From Utricularia gibba (Eukaryota > Plantae > Magnoliophyta), in contig CM007989.1 of NCBI GenBank assembly GCA_002189035.1, positions 4,898,001-4,962,000 on the forward strand: DNA of 64,000 nucleotides. The letters are read 5' to 3'. Positions within the stretch are counted from its first letter, which is position 1. Every line of letters starts with the position of its first letter. The notes beneath the pieces are model-generated. The model saw nothing but the letters and a program-made list of their open reading frames with translations. It had not been told where the DNA came from and did not search any database. Both the position numbers and the translations under genes were made by a program. Positions 1 through 13,223 of the stretch are shown here, in pieces.

Positions 1-1057
1 CTCGCAAAAGCATGCCGCATGTTGAAATATTCCTTCACATTCTGTGGAGCATTGGACCCGGCAACCCACTCTTTCAGATGGTACCGAACACCTGTAGGGT
101 GCTAGAAATCCCTCTACGTTTGTGTTGCCATTATCACACAAGTAATAATGCCCTACAAAAAAATGGAATGCATGAAAGTTACTCATAACTATAGACTCCT
201 ACACATTGTAAGCTCTTACCTTTGCATACAGTAATTGCTCTTTGTCGACAAACTGCATCTCACAGCACCTTACTATCAGCAGCGGATCCCTCCCAACTGG
301 GCAACAAATAGATGAACATGAGCTTATCATCATACACTCCTAGCACATTAGTGGACACGATTCCCTTACGATTCCTCCACTTTGATTTATCCTGATTCTT
401 GAATTTCACTTGGAAATATGAACCATCCAATGTGCCCAAGCAATTCTGAAAAATAAAGCAGAAAGTTACAGCATGCAGAATACACGTTACACATCCACAA
501 CTACAATGAAAAATTTTGTTGCATACCTTGAAAAATCTGAAGCTAGAATTAGGATAAAAAAGATCAATTGGCATAGGTGTCTTAACTAAATTTTGGTGCA
601 ATGACAGTATTGCTGACAATACCACATTGAAATATTTGGATACTGTCCAGCTGCTTCGCATGAATTCGAATTTATGTTGCCTTGTTTTCCAGTAATGACC
701 TAAAATACCCAAAAACAATGCAACCAGCTCTGGAACATCGACATATCATGATGTGGTTAGTCTACGATTACTTCGAAGAACATAGCATAACTTGTTGAAG
801 ACATCTGCACTTAAGTGTAAGTTTTCAAGACAAGCACCCATTGAATCTGATAACAAGTCAGTCAAATGCTCTATTTTTTGTGATATCTTTTCTCGATATG
901 AGAACCGAATTCTCTTATCGGATGGTGTACAACAGAAATGCAACATTATAACAATCATAATTCGCATAAGACATAGGTGTTGACCAACGCAATGCGCCGT
1001 AGCAAAGGAAGCCAAAATAATCTTCTTTGAAACCATTGCAACAGCCTCAATAAGCAA
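1..1057 (-). pseudogene. PIF/Harbinger DDE transposase pseudogene
   Basis: Motifs NCLGTLDG, RNRKGIVSTNVLGVYD, WEGSAADSKVL (ORF 260-718) and GFLAPYR/RYHLKEW/YFNMRH (1-140). Intron about 447-526. In-frame stop near 746 and a frameshift near 90. Confidence 0.85.
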
Positions 1058-1477
1058 TGCACAACCTATTGCAATTTTCGGAAAAAAAAATCACCCGACT
1101 CCACCATATGCGAAACAAAAAATAAGAACTCATTGGCTTAAATTGAAGTATGGGTTTTCATCGAAATATCAGAATTCGAACTCACTCACCATGTACCTAC
1201 AAAAACCAAACAGATTTGTGTTGAAGAGGATGAACCAATATACAAATTTACTGTTGCGAATTTGTTTATGGAGTAGAGGGGTATTATCGACAAAGTTGTA
1301 TTTGTATGAGATGGGTTTCTCAAAACCACCTCACAAGTGGGTTTTGTGAAACCAACACCTGCAAGTTTATTTCGAGATAATACAAGCCCATGTGTTTTAC
1401 TAAACTACCCCAACAAACACATACAATACTTTTTACCTAAGGGTTTAGAGGGCTAAACCCACCTAGCAAATAAGGCC
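1..1477 (-). mobile_element. PIF/Harbinger DNA transposon, right-hand part; continues beyond the window start
   Basis: Transposase relic plus a terminus at 1477. The minus strand reads TTA|GGCCTTATTTG, a PIF/Tourist-like TIR next to a TAA/TTA trinucleotide (1478-1480). Confidence 0.75.
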
Positions 1478-2705
1478 TAAGGGACCATTTTTTCCCATCT
1501 CATTTCATTCCATGTGCTTCTTTACTTTAAAAAAAACAAGGAACTTTCATTCACTTTACATAGTCCATCTTATTGTGCTATTCCGTTTTTTTTTTTTTTT
1601 TTTTTGGTAATCATTCAGGTAGGAATTCCAACTCCTAACAACTAAAAACTTCACCTTATACTTTATTTTTTAAAAATAAGAAATGATGAAGAAGGTTTTA
1701 TATCCTAATCTCTTTGATAGGGGGACCAAGAGGTAGATGGTCACACATTACACTCTTCATTGATTTCTCTACTATACAAGTACAACAACAACTTGATAGA
1801 TATAGTAAAAGGGTGGGTATTTTGTGGAACAAACAATTTCTGATGCATCTTGAATAAAAAACTAACCTTTTGGGAGCAAAAACCTTGTTATATACTATAG
1901 TTTGTAAAATGGAAACTTTTAAAAGTTTTTGGAACACCCATTTCACAAGTCGATTTATTTTGTAGTATAAGGTGTAACTAAGTTATGGGAAATTATAATT
2001 TATGATGGCATCACAAAAAGGGAAATACTTATAATTGTATTATATGAGTTTGAAGTGTTAGATAGATTAGAACAACCTCTTAGTAATGATTTAGGAAGCA
2101 ATAATTTAATAGTTTAAAAATTATAAATGAAAATTATGTTATTAGATAAACATGACGTAAAATTAACCGATTAATTCAATTTGTTAGGAAACATAATGAT
2201 TAATAATATGTATTAAAATGAAAGTTAATGATAAAAAATAAAAAACTATCAGAAATGCCAATCAATATTTTTTCTATACATATATATATTTGAATTTTAA
2301 AAACATTTTAATGTATTTTGTCCAATAATATATTTTTTCGAAACGTTTGTATGAAAAATAATATGTGAAAAACGTTTGTATGATTTTCATAAAAAATTAG
2401 ACAACGTATGTACTAAAAATAAAATTAACTAAATATTTACAGTTGAAATATTATATATAATAAAACATTTGTACTAAAACGAAATATTTCAAAATGTTTA
2501 AATTGAAATCGTTTAAAAAATGGAAACGTTTGTATTCAAAACTTTTGTAACAAATGTTTGTGTGCAAAATGGGGAAAGCTATGGAAACGTTTGTATGTGT
2601 TTTGATTTTTTCTCCATGATAAAAAGAGAGAAAGTTTTTCACAAGATGAGGCAAGGATGGCAAAACTTTCAAGAGAAGAATACTTCATCTTCACAAGGCA
2701 AAAAC

Positions 2706-2828
2706 TGTTAAGAAGAGCTTTGCAAGAGGAAGACTGGAAGAATGAATTGTATTTCACTCCAAAAAAAACCTTTACAAGATGTACAATGTAAGTATGTATT
2801 TATACTAGAATTTAAAATAGTTAAATGT
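2706..2828 (-). repeat. Terminal fragment of an old copia LTR, matching about 16107-16230
   Basis: TGTT-AAGAAGAGC...TTGTATTTCACTCCAAAAAAA...TGTATTTATACT...AAATGT aligns with the LTR upstream of the gag at 16021, right up to the start of the element at 2829. Confidence 0.65.
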
Positions 2829-3983
2829 TGTTAGTGTATGTGTACTAGATACAATCAACTCATTGGCAAATCTTATCTTATGATATTTTCGCCGTGCAAT
2901 TAAGCTTAGACTTGAGGTCAACAAAGTTATCTTAATCTTAAGCTCACATTTTCACTCATTACTAATGGGAGCCTAACCATGGCGTGCCTAGTATGGATGA
3001 GTAGGGATGTGACTCCTTAAGGTTGGAGATAGTTGATTGATCAATAAAAGATTCATCACTCATGTTAGCGATGAGATCATATCTCAAGTAATTGCATCAA
3101 AGCCTAACAGTAAGTCCTGGGCCCAGGGTAATGACACTCGAATTGTTTGAGTAGGTCATTGAGTATTAGTGCTTGAATGCAATTATAAGTTCGATACATC
3201 AGAAAGACACACACCCATGTTCTAATATCGAATGAGATATAAGTATGATGAAAGCTATTCACTGCATGGTGGCTGGTCATGGAAAGGCTCAATCAGTTCA
3301 CCTGATTATTCTTACATCTTGGGGATCATGATATGTTGCTAGACATCACTCATGATCGATAATGATGGATTTGATTAATTAAGAGTTAATTAATAAATCC
3401 ATTATTACGGCCTTGATTGAAGAAGCCTATAGGGTCACACACAATAGTGGAGTCACTCATTGATATAAAATAGAATGACACGATTACATGAGATGTAATT
3501 GGTAAAGTGGATAAATTAAATAGAGAGTTATTTTGAGATTAATATTGATTAAACTCAAAATAAAAGATCTTATGTAGATAAGATTTGGAACATATACATA
3601 TCTCCACAAAATAAGATCTTTACGGAGATATGATTTGATATGTTACCATATATCTATCAAAAAGATTTAGATCTTGAGATATGCTCTATGGGTCTTCGTG
3701 CTCTCTGAGACTAATCCACAAAAGGGCGTTTTTCTCTACTAGCACCTGACGAATTCGACCAACATTCAAGAGCCTTGAGAAGGTTATCGACGGAATGCTC
3801 CACGTGTGGATACCATAGAGGCCGTCTCGTATTGGCAGTTGGTGAACAACGGAGTCATCTGAAAGGTATTTCAGCATCCCTTAGTCTGATGTATACCGTA
3901 TTCCAAGATCTGCGTTGGGGGTTTCTCAAAATTTTAAAATTCCGCTGCATTTGAGACATACGATGTCTACGAGAAACCCAACA
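2829..3983 (+). repeat. 5' LTR of the Angela-like element, with an internal deletion of about 350 bp
   Basis: TG...CA termini; nearly identical to 40134-41636 except that 40194-40541 has no counterpart. Confidence 0.9.
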
Positions 3984-3984
3984 G

Positions 3985-3996
3985 TGGTATTAGAGC
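3985..3996 (+). promoter_or_regulatory. Primer binding site (tRNA-iMet type)
   Basis: TGGTATTAGAGC, one mismatch from TGGTATCAGAGC, 1 nt after the LTR end. Confidence 0.85.
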
Positions 3997-4018
3997 ACAG
4001 GTTGCGGAATACGTGTAT

Positions 4019-4238
4019 ACGTTAGAATCTTTGTTGATTTTGCAAGATGTTCTCGTATGTTACCTTGCCAGTGACGTTAGAATCTTTTCTGATTTTGCGA
4101 GATGTTCTCGTATGTCGCCTTGCCGGTGAAAAGTTAAAATCTTTGCTGATCTACGAGATGTTCTTGTATGTTGCCTTGCCGGCGATTATTGTGATAGCAT
4201 GTGATTGCGAGATGTTCTCATATGTAGCCTTGCTGGCG
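4019..4238 (+). repeat. Tandem array of four ~55-bp units in the retrotransposon 5' UTR
   Basis: The core GAGATGTTCTCGTATGTnGCCTTGCCGG recurs; units start at 4019, 4074, about 4129 and about 4185. Confidence 0.85.
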
Positions 4239-5068
4239 ATTATTTTGGATTGTTTTGCTGCCTTAGGATGCACGAAATTTGATTCATGATTGATGCTTTC
4301 GAGAATCATATCTTACGTGTATTTGCACAGCCTGATGATGCTTTACATGTGTGTAGTCGTAGGCATGATGGCCTTTGCACGAATTTTGATCATGTTGATC
4401 ATACTGGTGAATTATCGATGCATATGATGTTTGATAATTTATTTGTGACCAATGCATCTAGGGTCAATTAGGATTTTCGAGCTTTATGTGTGAAAATCCA
4501 AGGATATGATGCATTATGAACGAAAGGGCAAGGGTTGTCAAGATGCCTATTTGATAGGATATTGATATCCATAATGCAAGAGTTGCATATGAAAAAATCC
4601 CCTTCTAAATAATTATGTTTATTCCTTCCACTAACATAGGGAGAACGAGAGTCATTTTTAGTGCATAGAGTTGTTGGCTACCGTTAAGCTCTCCACTACA
4701 CATGACATGTTCGAATTATGAAATTAGATTCACGGTAGGTTGGCTTAACTGATTTTATCAACTTGTTGACTAAAGCCAAGTTTGGTAAAATTGGAGGAAA
4801 GGTTGAGGTAAATAGTTTTTACATCAAGAGTTGATGACTCAATGATGCAGTGGTTGTATGAGAGATACAATTGGCATGAGATGACTATCTGTTTCATTCA
4901 TTAAAACTTGTTGGCTACAGTCAAGGTGGAGATGAATGAAATGGGACACTATCCCACTAAGAAAATATGATTTTCTCGTTTTGTCAGTAAGGGGATGCCA
5001 TCTTGAAAAACATAGTGGGAGTATATCACATCTAAAAAAGACCAATTAGACGTGATTTAAGGAATACT

Positions 5069-6146
5069 TGATAAGTGAAAAATTGTACAAGTCGTTAATT
5101 GCAAATTTTCCTATCAAATAAATTTATAACCTAACCCACATTCAAGCATAAAACAATTATGAGCATAGTGATTAGGGTCGAACATGAAGAGCAGGTGCTT
5201 GCTATATGAAAGTTGATGCACGAAACTAGTGTCACGCTGGTAAAATTGGTGTTAGCTAGGACTAAGGCAGAACTAAAACGAAATACAGTAAATAAAAATA
5301 ACAAGTTCTGGAGTTCGGTTGTTTCTGGAATGGAATGGGTGATGCCTTGGGACTCCTAGGGGATGTATGCTCATCACTAAACAAACTCACACAAACAATA
5401 AATCATACAATTAACTCACAAGATCTAGGTCTACCCGGATTCTTGTTTTTCCCCCTAACCTTTGGTCTACTTCTAACTAGGGTTGTTAAGTTGGGTTTCA
5501 CTACTTCCCTCTCCTAGATCTATCCTTGTTTGTTAAGGAAGTGGCGTGATTCATGGCTGTTTAGATCTAAAGGTTGATTAACATGTTTCTCCCCTTTTTA
5601 CCCCAAGGCACCCCCCTAAGTACTTAGCCACTCATGCTTAAGGTAAATGAAAGTGGAAAAGAAAACATCACCCACAGTGTGCTCATTTCACAGTCAAATA
5701 CCAGAAAGCAAACAAGCAAGTAATGTGAAGTGTCAACAAAAACTGAAAAACGTCACTAGCTACTCTTAGCTAGGAGTAATGTTCTTCGAAGACAGAAAAT
5801 AATCTTGAACTTCAGCTTCGTTTCTGTTTGTCTTCCTTCTTCTTCCTCCCCAGAAATTGTGTTCGTGAGTCTCCAAGGGGAGATCTGCTTCTCTCTCCAC
5901 CTTTCCTCCCTTTTTGTCCAAAATCTCCATTTCTCACCTCCTTGGACTTTGTGTGTACTCTTTTTCAGACTTCTGCCACCACACTGTTCATACTCAGCTC
6001 CTTGGGATTTGTGTTGCGACCCATACTGTATTGCTTGAAAGGAACTGTTAGAAGGTTGGGACTAAATCGTAGATTTAGTCTCAACTAAGACTAAAAGTGC
6101 ACTCCTACGGTACATGCATTGAGCCACTTAAAAATATGTATTATCA
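5069..6146 (-). mobile_element. Solo LTR of the Athila-like family inserted in the copia 5' UTR
   Basis: TGATAAG...TTATCA termini, TSD ATACT/ACACT (4 of 5), homologous to 29718-30887, 41952-42907 and 50584-51688. Confidence 0.85.
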
Positions 6147-6189
6147 ACACTACATGATGTGTTTGCTTTCTCTTCTTCAGGTTGAAGAT

Positions 6190-9100
6190 ATGTCTTCCAG
6201 CGTGAATTTGAGATCCATTCTAGAGTCCAACAAGTTGGTTGGCTCGAATTTTATTGATTGGCACCGTAATTTGAGAATTGTTCTCCAGGCGGAGAAGATT
6301 GCTTACATCCTTGAACAAGATGTTCCTGCACAACCCAGGGCTAATGCAGCTGAAGATGTTCGGCGTGCATATCAGAAGTATCTAGATGATGCTGAGCTTG
6401 TCTCCTGTATCATGCTTCCTTCGATGGCCCTGATCTCCAAAAACAGCATGAGGCGATGACTTGCCAACAGATGATAACACACCTTAAGGATCTGTTTGGT
6501 GAGCACTTACGACTTGAAAGGTTCAAGACATCAAAGCTATTGTTCAATTGTCGCTTAGCAGAAGGAAGTTCTGCTGCTGATCATGCGACATTGATGTTGA
6601 ATTACATTGAGAAGTTGTCCACTCTTGGTTTTGTGTTGGATAAGGACTTGAGTATTGACTTAATCCTTACCTCACTACCTGATAGCTACTCACAGTTTGT
6701 GATGAACTATCAAATGAACAAGATGGATCAAACTATTCCTGAATTGATTCAGTTACTCAAGTCTGTTGAGACAACTATCATAAAGGAACAAAAGAATGTC
6801 ATGCTTGTCTCTTCAAGGAAAAAGGTTTCCAAGAAGAAGAGTCAAGACAAGAAACTCAAAGCTAAAAGTGAGATCAAGAAGAAGAAGCCTGTTGAAAAAC
6901 CGGCTAAGGGTGAATGCTTTCATTGTGGGAAATCTGGTCATTGGAAAAGAAACTCCAAAGCCTATCTAGAGTCAATCAAGGGCAAGAAGCAGAATGAGAA
7001 TTCAGCTTCAGGTATACACATGATTGAGATTAATACTACTATCAAGAATGGTTCTTGGGTGTTAGATTCTGGTTGTGGTGCTCACATTTGCACTAACATG
7101 CAGGACCTAATGAGTAGTAGAATCTTGAAGAAAGGCGATGTTGACCTAAGAGTTGGGAATGGTGCACGAGTTGCTGCCATGGCAGTTGGGACTTGCCACA
7201 TCGCCCTACCTTCTGGATTATCTCTTGAATTAGATTCTGTTTATTGTGTTCCCTCATTGTCTAAGATCATCGTCTCTATTTCTTGTTTGGACAAGATTGG
7301 TTTCGAGTTTTATATAAAGAACAATTGTTGTTCCATACGAAGAGGGAGTGTGCATTATGGTACTGCTACAATAGTAAACGGAATATATGTTTTGGATCAG
7401 CATGATTCAGAACAGATTAACATGTGCATAAAAAGGCCAAGGATTGACAACATCTTGAATTCTTACCTCTGGCATTGTCGTTTAGGCCATATAAACAAGA
7501 AGCGTGTTGAGTACTTATATCGATTGAGATATTTGGACTCAGAAGATTTTGAATCTTATGAAACATGCGAATCTTGTTTATTGGGAAAAATGACAAAGCA
7601 ACCTTTTCTAGGAAAAGGAGCAAGAGCTGAAAACTTATTGGATTTAATACATTCTGATGTATGCGGTCCAATGAGCATCACTGCTAGAGGGGGTTTCTCG
7701 TATTTCATCACTTTTACAGATGACCATTCAAGATATGGACGCATCTACTTGATGAAACGAAAATCTGAAGCCTTTGAAAAGTTCAAAGAGTTTCGGATGG
7801 AGGTCGAGAACCAGCTTGAGCGTTCCATCAAGAAACTTCGATCAGATCGTGGTGGGGAATACTTGAGTAATGAATTTAAGAATCATCTGAAGGACAATGG
7901 TATTGTCTCAGAAAGAACTCCTCCTGTTACACCTGAGCACAATGGTGTTTCTGAGAGGAGAAATCGAACTTTGCTTGACATGGTTCGATCCATTATGAGT
8001 TTTGCAGAACTATCAAAGTCCATGTGGGGATATGCTTTAGAGGCAACGGCTCATGTTTTGAACAAAGCCCCATCGAAATCGGTTGAAACCACTCCTTATG
8101 AGATTTGAACTGGTAGAAAACCGAGTTTCTCCTACCTCAAAGCTTGGGGATGCCCTGCTTATGTAAGAAGGTTGAAGTCAGATAAGTTGGAGAACAAATC
8201 TGACAAGTGTCTCTTTCTGGAATATCCACAAGAAACCATGGATACTACTTCTATAATCCTCAAGAGGGAAAGGTTTTCATCTCGAGGAATGCTGTCTTTT
8301 TGGAGAAAGAGTTTCTCCTCAAAGAAGCAAATGGGAGTTGTTTTGAACTTGAGGAGATGTTTGAGAACGAGCCAGTGACACCTATAGAGATGCCAGTGGG
8401 TGACTCAAAAGGTAATCTAGGCTCACCATCTCGAAATTGTGTCCCAGAAGCTTGTAATGTACCAGTGAGCAATCAACCTGAGCAATCTGACTTGCCAAAT
8501 GTATCAAGCACGTTTTTTGCCAGAAGATCAGTCCGACAACGTAACCCTATTGTGAGATATGGTTTCATTGTTGATGCCGAAGGCATGGGAGACCTCATAT
8601 TAGATGAGGAACCTCGGACTTATGACGAAGCACTCAATAGTGCTGAGTCAAGTAAATGGCTTGTTGCCATGAGGACAGAAATGGATTCCATGTATGAGAA
8701 CAATGTTTGGACATTGGTCAATGCTCCAGAGGGAGTAAATCCTATTGGATGCAAATGGGTATTCAAAAGTAAAACTTACATGGATGGAAATATATCTACC
8801 TATAAGGCAAGACTTGTGGCAAAAGGGTATCGTCAAAAACAAGGTGTTGATTATGACGAAACCTTCTCATCTGTTGCTATGCTGAAGTCCATTCGAATTT
8901 TACTTGCCATTGCTGCTCATTTTGATTATGAGATATGGCAGATGGATGTGAAAACAGCCTTCCTAAATGGAAATTTGGCTGAGGAAGTGTACATGACACA
9001 ACCTGAAGGTTTCATACAAGATCCTAGTAGAGTGTGTAAACTGAACAAATCCATCTATGGGCTAAAGCAAGCTTCAAGAAGTTGGAACATCAAATTTGAT

Positions 9101-10177
9101 GAGACAATCAAAGAGTTTGGTTTCTCTCAAAATGAAGATGAACCTTGTGTATAAAAGAAGGTAGATGGCTTGGCAATCGTATTTCTCATACTATATGTGG
9201 ATGACATATTAGTAATGGGAAATGATGTTGCAACAATGCAATCAGTAAAAATCTGGTTATCCAAGAGCTTTTCAATGAAAGATCTTGGAGATGCGGCTTA
9301 TATATTGAGCATAAAGATCTATAGAGATAGATCAAAGAGACTGATTGGACTATCACAATCGACCTACATCGATAAAGTGTTAAAGAGGTTTAACATGGCT
9401 GATTCCAAGAGAGGTTTAACGCCCATGACACATAAGGCACTTTCAAAAGCGATGTGCCCCAAGACAGAAGAAGAAAGGGATCAGATGGCTCGAATCCCAT
9501 ATGCTTCTGCTATTAGGTCAATAATGTACGCCATGCTGTGTACTATACCAGATGTGTCATATGCTTTAAGTGTTACAAGCAGATATCAGTCGAACCCTGA
9601 AATGGATCATTGGACCGCAATCAAGAGCATTCTTAAGTACTTGAGAAGGACTAAAGACATGTTCTTGATATACGGTGGTAAAGGTCTCCAAGTGGAAGGA
9701 TATGCTGATGCAAGTTTCCAGTCTGATCATGACGACTTGAAGTCCCAATCAGGATGCATATTCACCCTAAATGGAGGCGCAGTCACTTGGAAGAGTTCTA
9801 AGCAAGAAACGACTGCTGATTCAACAATGGAAGCAGAGTACATTGCTGCTAGCGATGCTGCAAAAGAAGCTGTTTGGATTAAGAAGTTTATCAACGATCT
9901 AGGAGTACTCTCAAATGTTGAGGATCCGAAACTCCTATATTGCGATAACACTGGGGCCATTCCAAATGCTAAGGCACCTCGATCACATCAGAAATCCAAA
10001 CACGTGCTTCGACGGTACCATGTGATCAGAGAGATCATTGGTAGAGGCGATGTCAGAATTGAGAAAGTGGACACAAAGGAGAACGTAGCAGATCCACTTA
10101 CAAAGATGTGTCCAAAGAAGGTCCATGAGACGCACATCGAGTCCATTGGTATGAGATACATCAATGATTGGCTCTAG
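6190..10177 (+). pseudogene. Copia gag-pol polyprotein (gag, zinc knuckle, protease, integrase, RT, RNase H), disrupted
   Basis: CFHCGKSGHWKRNS knuckle, WVLDSGCGAH, LWHCRLGH, RSDRGGEY, WQMDVKTAFLNG, LYVDDIL, SQSGCIFTLNGGAVTWKSSKQ, ADPLTK. Frameshifts near 6430 and 8240; stops at 8106-8108 and 9152-9154. Confidence 0.92.
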
Positions 10178-10369
10178 TACAAGTGGGAGATTGTTAGTGT
10201 ATGTGTTCTAGAGACAATCAACTCATTGGCAAATCTTATCTTATGATATTTACTTTGAATTGTGATCAAATCTATATCATTGATAAAATCCTCTACTTGA
10301 TCTATGTGCTATAGAAATTATGATGAGATCATAATCTGAGATTCTTCAAACACTCATGATCAAGTTAAA

Positions 10370-10817
10370 CTCGTCGTGTTGGGGGAGAAGCCCCCTCGTC
10401 GGGTCTGCCCACCTTCTCTTCCTTCTCCCTCCTTCAAAAATATCTTCACATCTTTTTTTCATTTTTCAAAATCAGTCTACTGTTCCTGACATCTGTATTG
10501 TTCCTGGCATGAACCTATAGACTGTGGACGGCCAAACAGTGCATTATTGCTCCTCTTTTAATGCTGCCCATTCTTCCAAATCTCTACATGCACGAAATTC
10601 ATGTCTCCTCCCTGATTTTAGAACTTTGCTGCTGGACTAGAAAAAATGTTAATAACATGGGATGGGCTAAATCAAAGGATTTAACCCATTAACACATAAA
10701 ATCACATTATGTCCTAAAATTTGGTAAAAATACTAAAAACTATAAGATAAACACTTAAAACATGATTCAGAAGCATAATTTTCTTACTCTAATAATAGGA
10801 AAATTCGTGCGTTATCA
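10370..10817 (-). repeat. Truncated LTR related to the 31438-32766 / 36140-37524 family
   Basis: Ends GCGTTATCA at 10817; the reverse complement of 10380-10560 matches about 36420-36600. Confidence 0.7.
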
Positions 10818-11547
10818 CTTTGCCTCAATACGATCAAGAACTGGCTTACATCTAAGCATTTCATATGCAGCCAATAAATCAAGTATATACTTTCTCTAAC
10901 ATGATGACATTCCACATTTAGCTCTTACAATTTCAAGGCCTAGAATATATTTGGGAGATTCAAGATTTTTGATTTTGAATTTTGATGACAGTAGATTGAC
11001 TACCACTTGCAATTCTTATTCAAAACTACAACCAACAACAATATTATCAACATAAACAACTAAAGCAATTATTTTACCATTTTGCAGCTTCTTAGTGAAG
11101 AGAGAGTGGTTAGTAGGCCTTTGCTCGAATCCACATGATTTAACTACGGTTGAGAACATAGAGTTCCATTGGTTTTTAGACCAATTTCTGATTCTTGTTG
11201 AAAGGTACACTACAGGTGTAACCAAGAGGGAGATCCATGTATATATTTTCATTGAGCTCCCCATTAATGAATGCATTGTTGATGTCCAAATGACTTAGCT
11301 TCCACTGTTGTTGTGTTACAAGAGCAAAGAATGCGTGAATTGTTGTTTTTAGTATTAGGGCTGAAAGTATCCTCATAATTCACTTCATAAATTTGACTAT
11401 ATCCCTTTACAACCAAGTATGATTTGAGTCTATCTGCAATCCCATAAAAAAGGAGTTTCTTGGTGTATATCCAATTGTTTCCAATTGTGTGTTGCTGTTT
11501 TGACACTGCTACAACTATCCAATTATCATTTGTCTCTAAAGCAGTGG

Positions 11548-12732
11548 TGATAACACCATTTTTATTGTATTTTTATATATGTTTTTAAGTATGTTTTGTA
11601 GGGATAAATGTTATTTAGTGTGCTAAATTATCTTCTTTTGCGTATTTAGTCTACTAGAATGTATTTATTGTGAAAACAGGCTCAATTGGCAACAATTGAG
11701 GCGAAAACTCTAATATTTCGTCTAGTCTGTGTTTTAAGTCTTACCAGGGTAAGAGCTAGTACTGCAGCAGCGCACTTTCCGCGTTGAAAAGTTAAAAAGG
11801 GACAGAAAAGCTGTGCAAAAGTCACTCTTTGCCGAAAGTAGCCGCCCTTCTGAAGAGATAAGATATGGAGCAGAGATCTCCCTTCTAGAAGCTTGAGGAA
11901 AAGACTAAGCTACCCTTATTTTTGAGCTGTAAAAGGGAAAAGAAGGGAGAGAGAATAGAGAGCGTACAAGAGTGAGTGGGAGCAAGGAGAACTTCGTTTC
12001 TCCGGCGGACGTCTCCGGTGACCTCGAGATCTACACTTTTACACCATCTTTCTGCCCAAAAACTTGATTTCCAGCAAATCTCCAGCCCACGGAAGCAACC
12101 TGACTCTTTTATTTACAGATTTCTGCACTTCCATTTCTACGTGAACTTGCTACTCTTATTGTCGTCGTTTTTATGCTTTCTTTTGTATTTCGGCACCCTG
12201 TTGTGAACGGGAAACTATTCGTAGATCTTATTTTAGCTTATGAACATGCTGCTGTTTACCCTTTTTGTGCTTGGTCCAAAGTTTAACTCGCTTTTACTAT
12301 TCCTGCGAACCATGCTCTGTTTCTGCAAACTATTACTCTGTTTTGAAGTGTTCCAAAGCTGGGTTTAAGCCTATGGGCTCTCTTGAGTGAGCTAGACCTG
12401 ATGTAAAACCCTAGCCAAACTACTTTTATTTTATGTTTTCTGCACCTTCACGTTAATTTCAGTCCCTTTTCACCCCTGCAACTCATTTATTTCAGTCACT
12501 ACTATTTTAGCTCTTACTCGCGTTAGAACTAAACCCCAGAAAACCCCCTGTTTTTAGTAAATGTGATAGACTTCAGGAAATTGCAACCATTCCCTGTGGA
12601 TTCGACCCTTGCTTGCTACACTACATTAATTCTTGTGATTTGTGTAGTAGAATAGCTAGGTTTATAAATTTCTTTTGATGCGTTAAATGTGCTAGACTGC
12701 GACATTTAGCAACCCCATTCCAACGTTCATTA
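11548..12732 (+). mobile_element. Solo LTR (gypsy-like) with TSD AGTGG
   Basis: Starts TGATAAC and ends CGTTCATTA (degenerate ATCA). AGTGG at 11543-11547 and 12733-12737. Removing it restores the host RT reading MNTETTALETNDNW. Confidence 0.8.
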
Positions 12733-13223
12733 AGTGGTCTCTGTGTTCATAGAGGTTATGCAATCTGTGTCCTGTACTGCTTCCTCATAGCTTGTAGGTA
12801 CCTTGACTCAAACATATGTGCCAAGTAGGCTATATAGGACAGTGATAATTTACTAGTGGATATATAATTGCATATGAAATGATTTATAGAGGGATATGGT
12901 GTATTATGTTGATAGTCTTTGAGATAGTTTAGTAGGCATTTTTATAGTGCCACAAATATCAATGTGGACAAGTTCAAATGGTTTTAAAGATTTTGTTGTG
13001 GAAATAGTAAAAAGGGCACGTTTGTGTTTTTCCAAGGGGTATGTGAAGCAAATTTTTGAAGACAACATTGTGATTTCAGAATGATGTTGGGAAATATAAG
13101 GAACGACTTTGTAAGAAGGATGTTCTATTCTATAGTGATATTAATCAAATGGTACTATAGACATGGAATTCATATTTCCAGTAACAATACATGGTGATGA
13201 AGAATTCAAAACATGTAAGTTCA

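Larger units (their letters stand above)
2829..10368 (+). mobile_element. Ty1/copia LTR retrotransposon (Angela-like), 3' LTR truncated
   Basis: 5' LTR 2829-3983 (TGTTAG...CCAACA), PBS, long 5' UTR, gag-pol 6190-10177, PPT AAGTGGGAGA (10181-10190), 3' LTR 10192 to about 10368. The gag start LRSILESNKLVGSNFIDWHRNLRIVL and the long LTR suggest the Angela lineage (inference). Confidence 0.9.
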
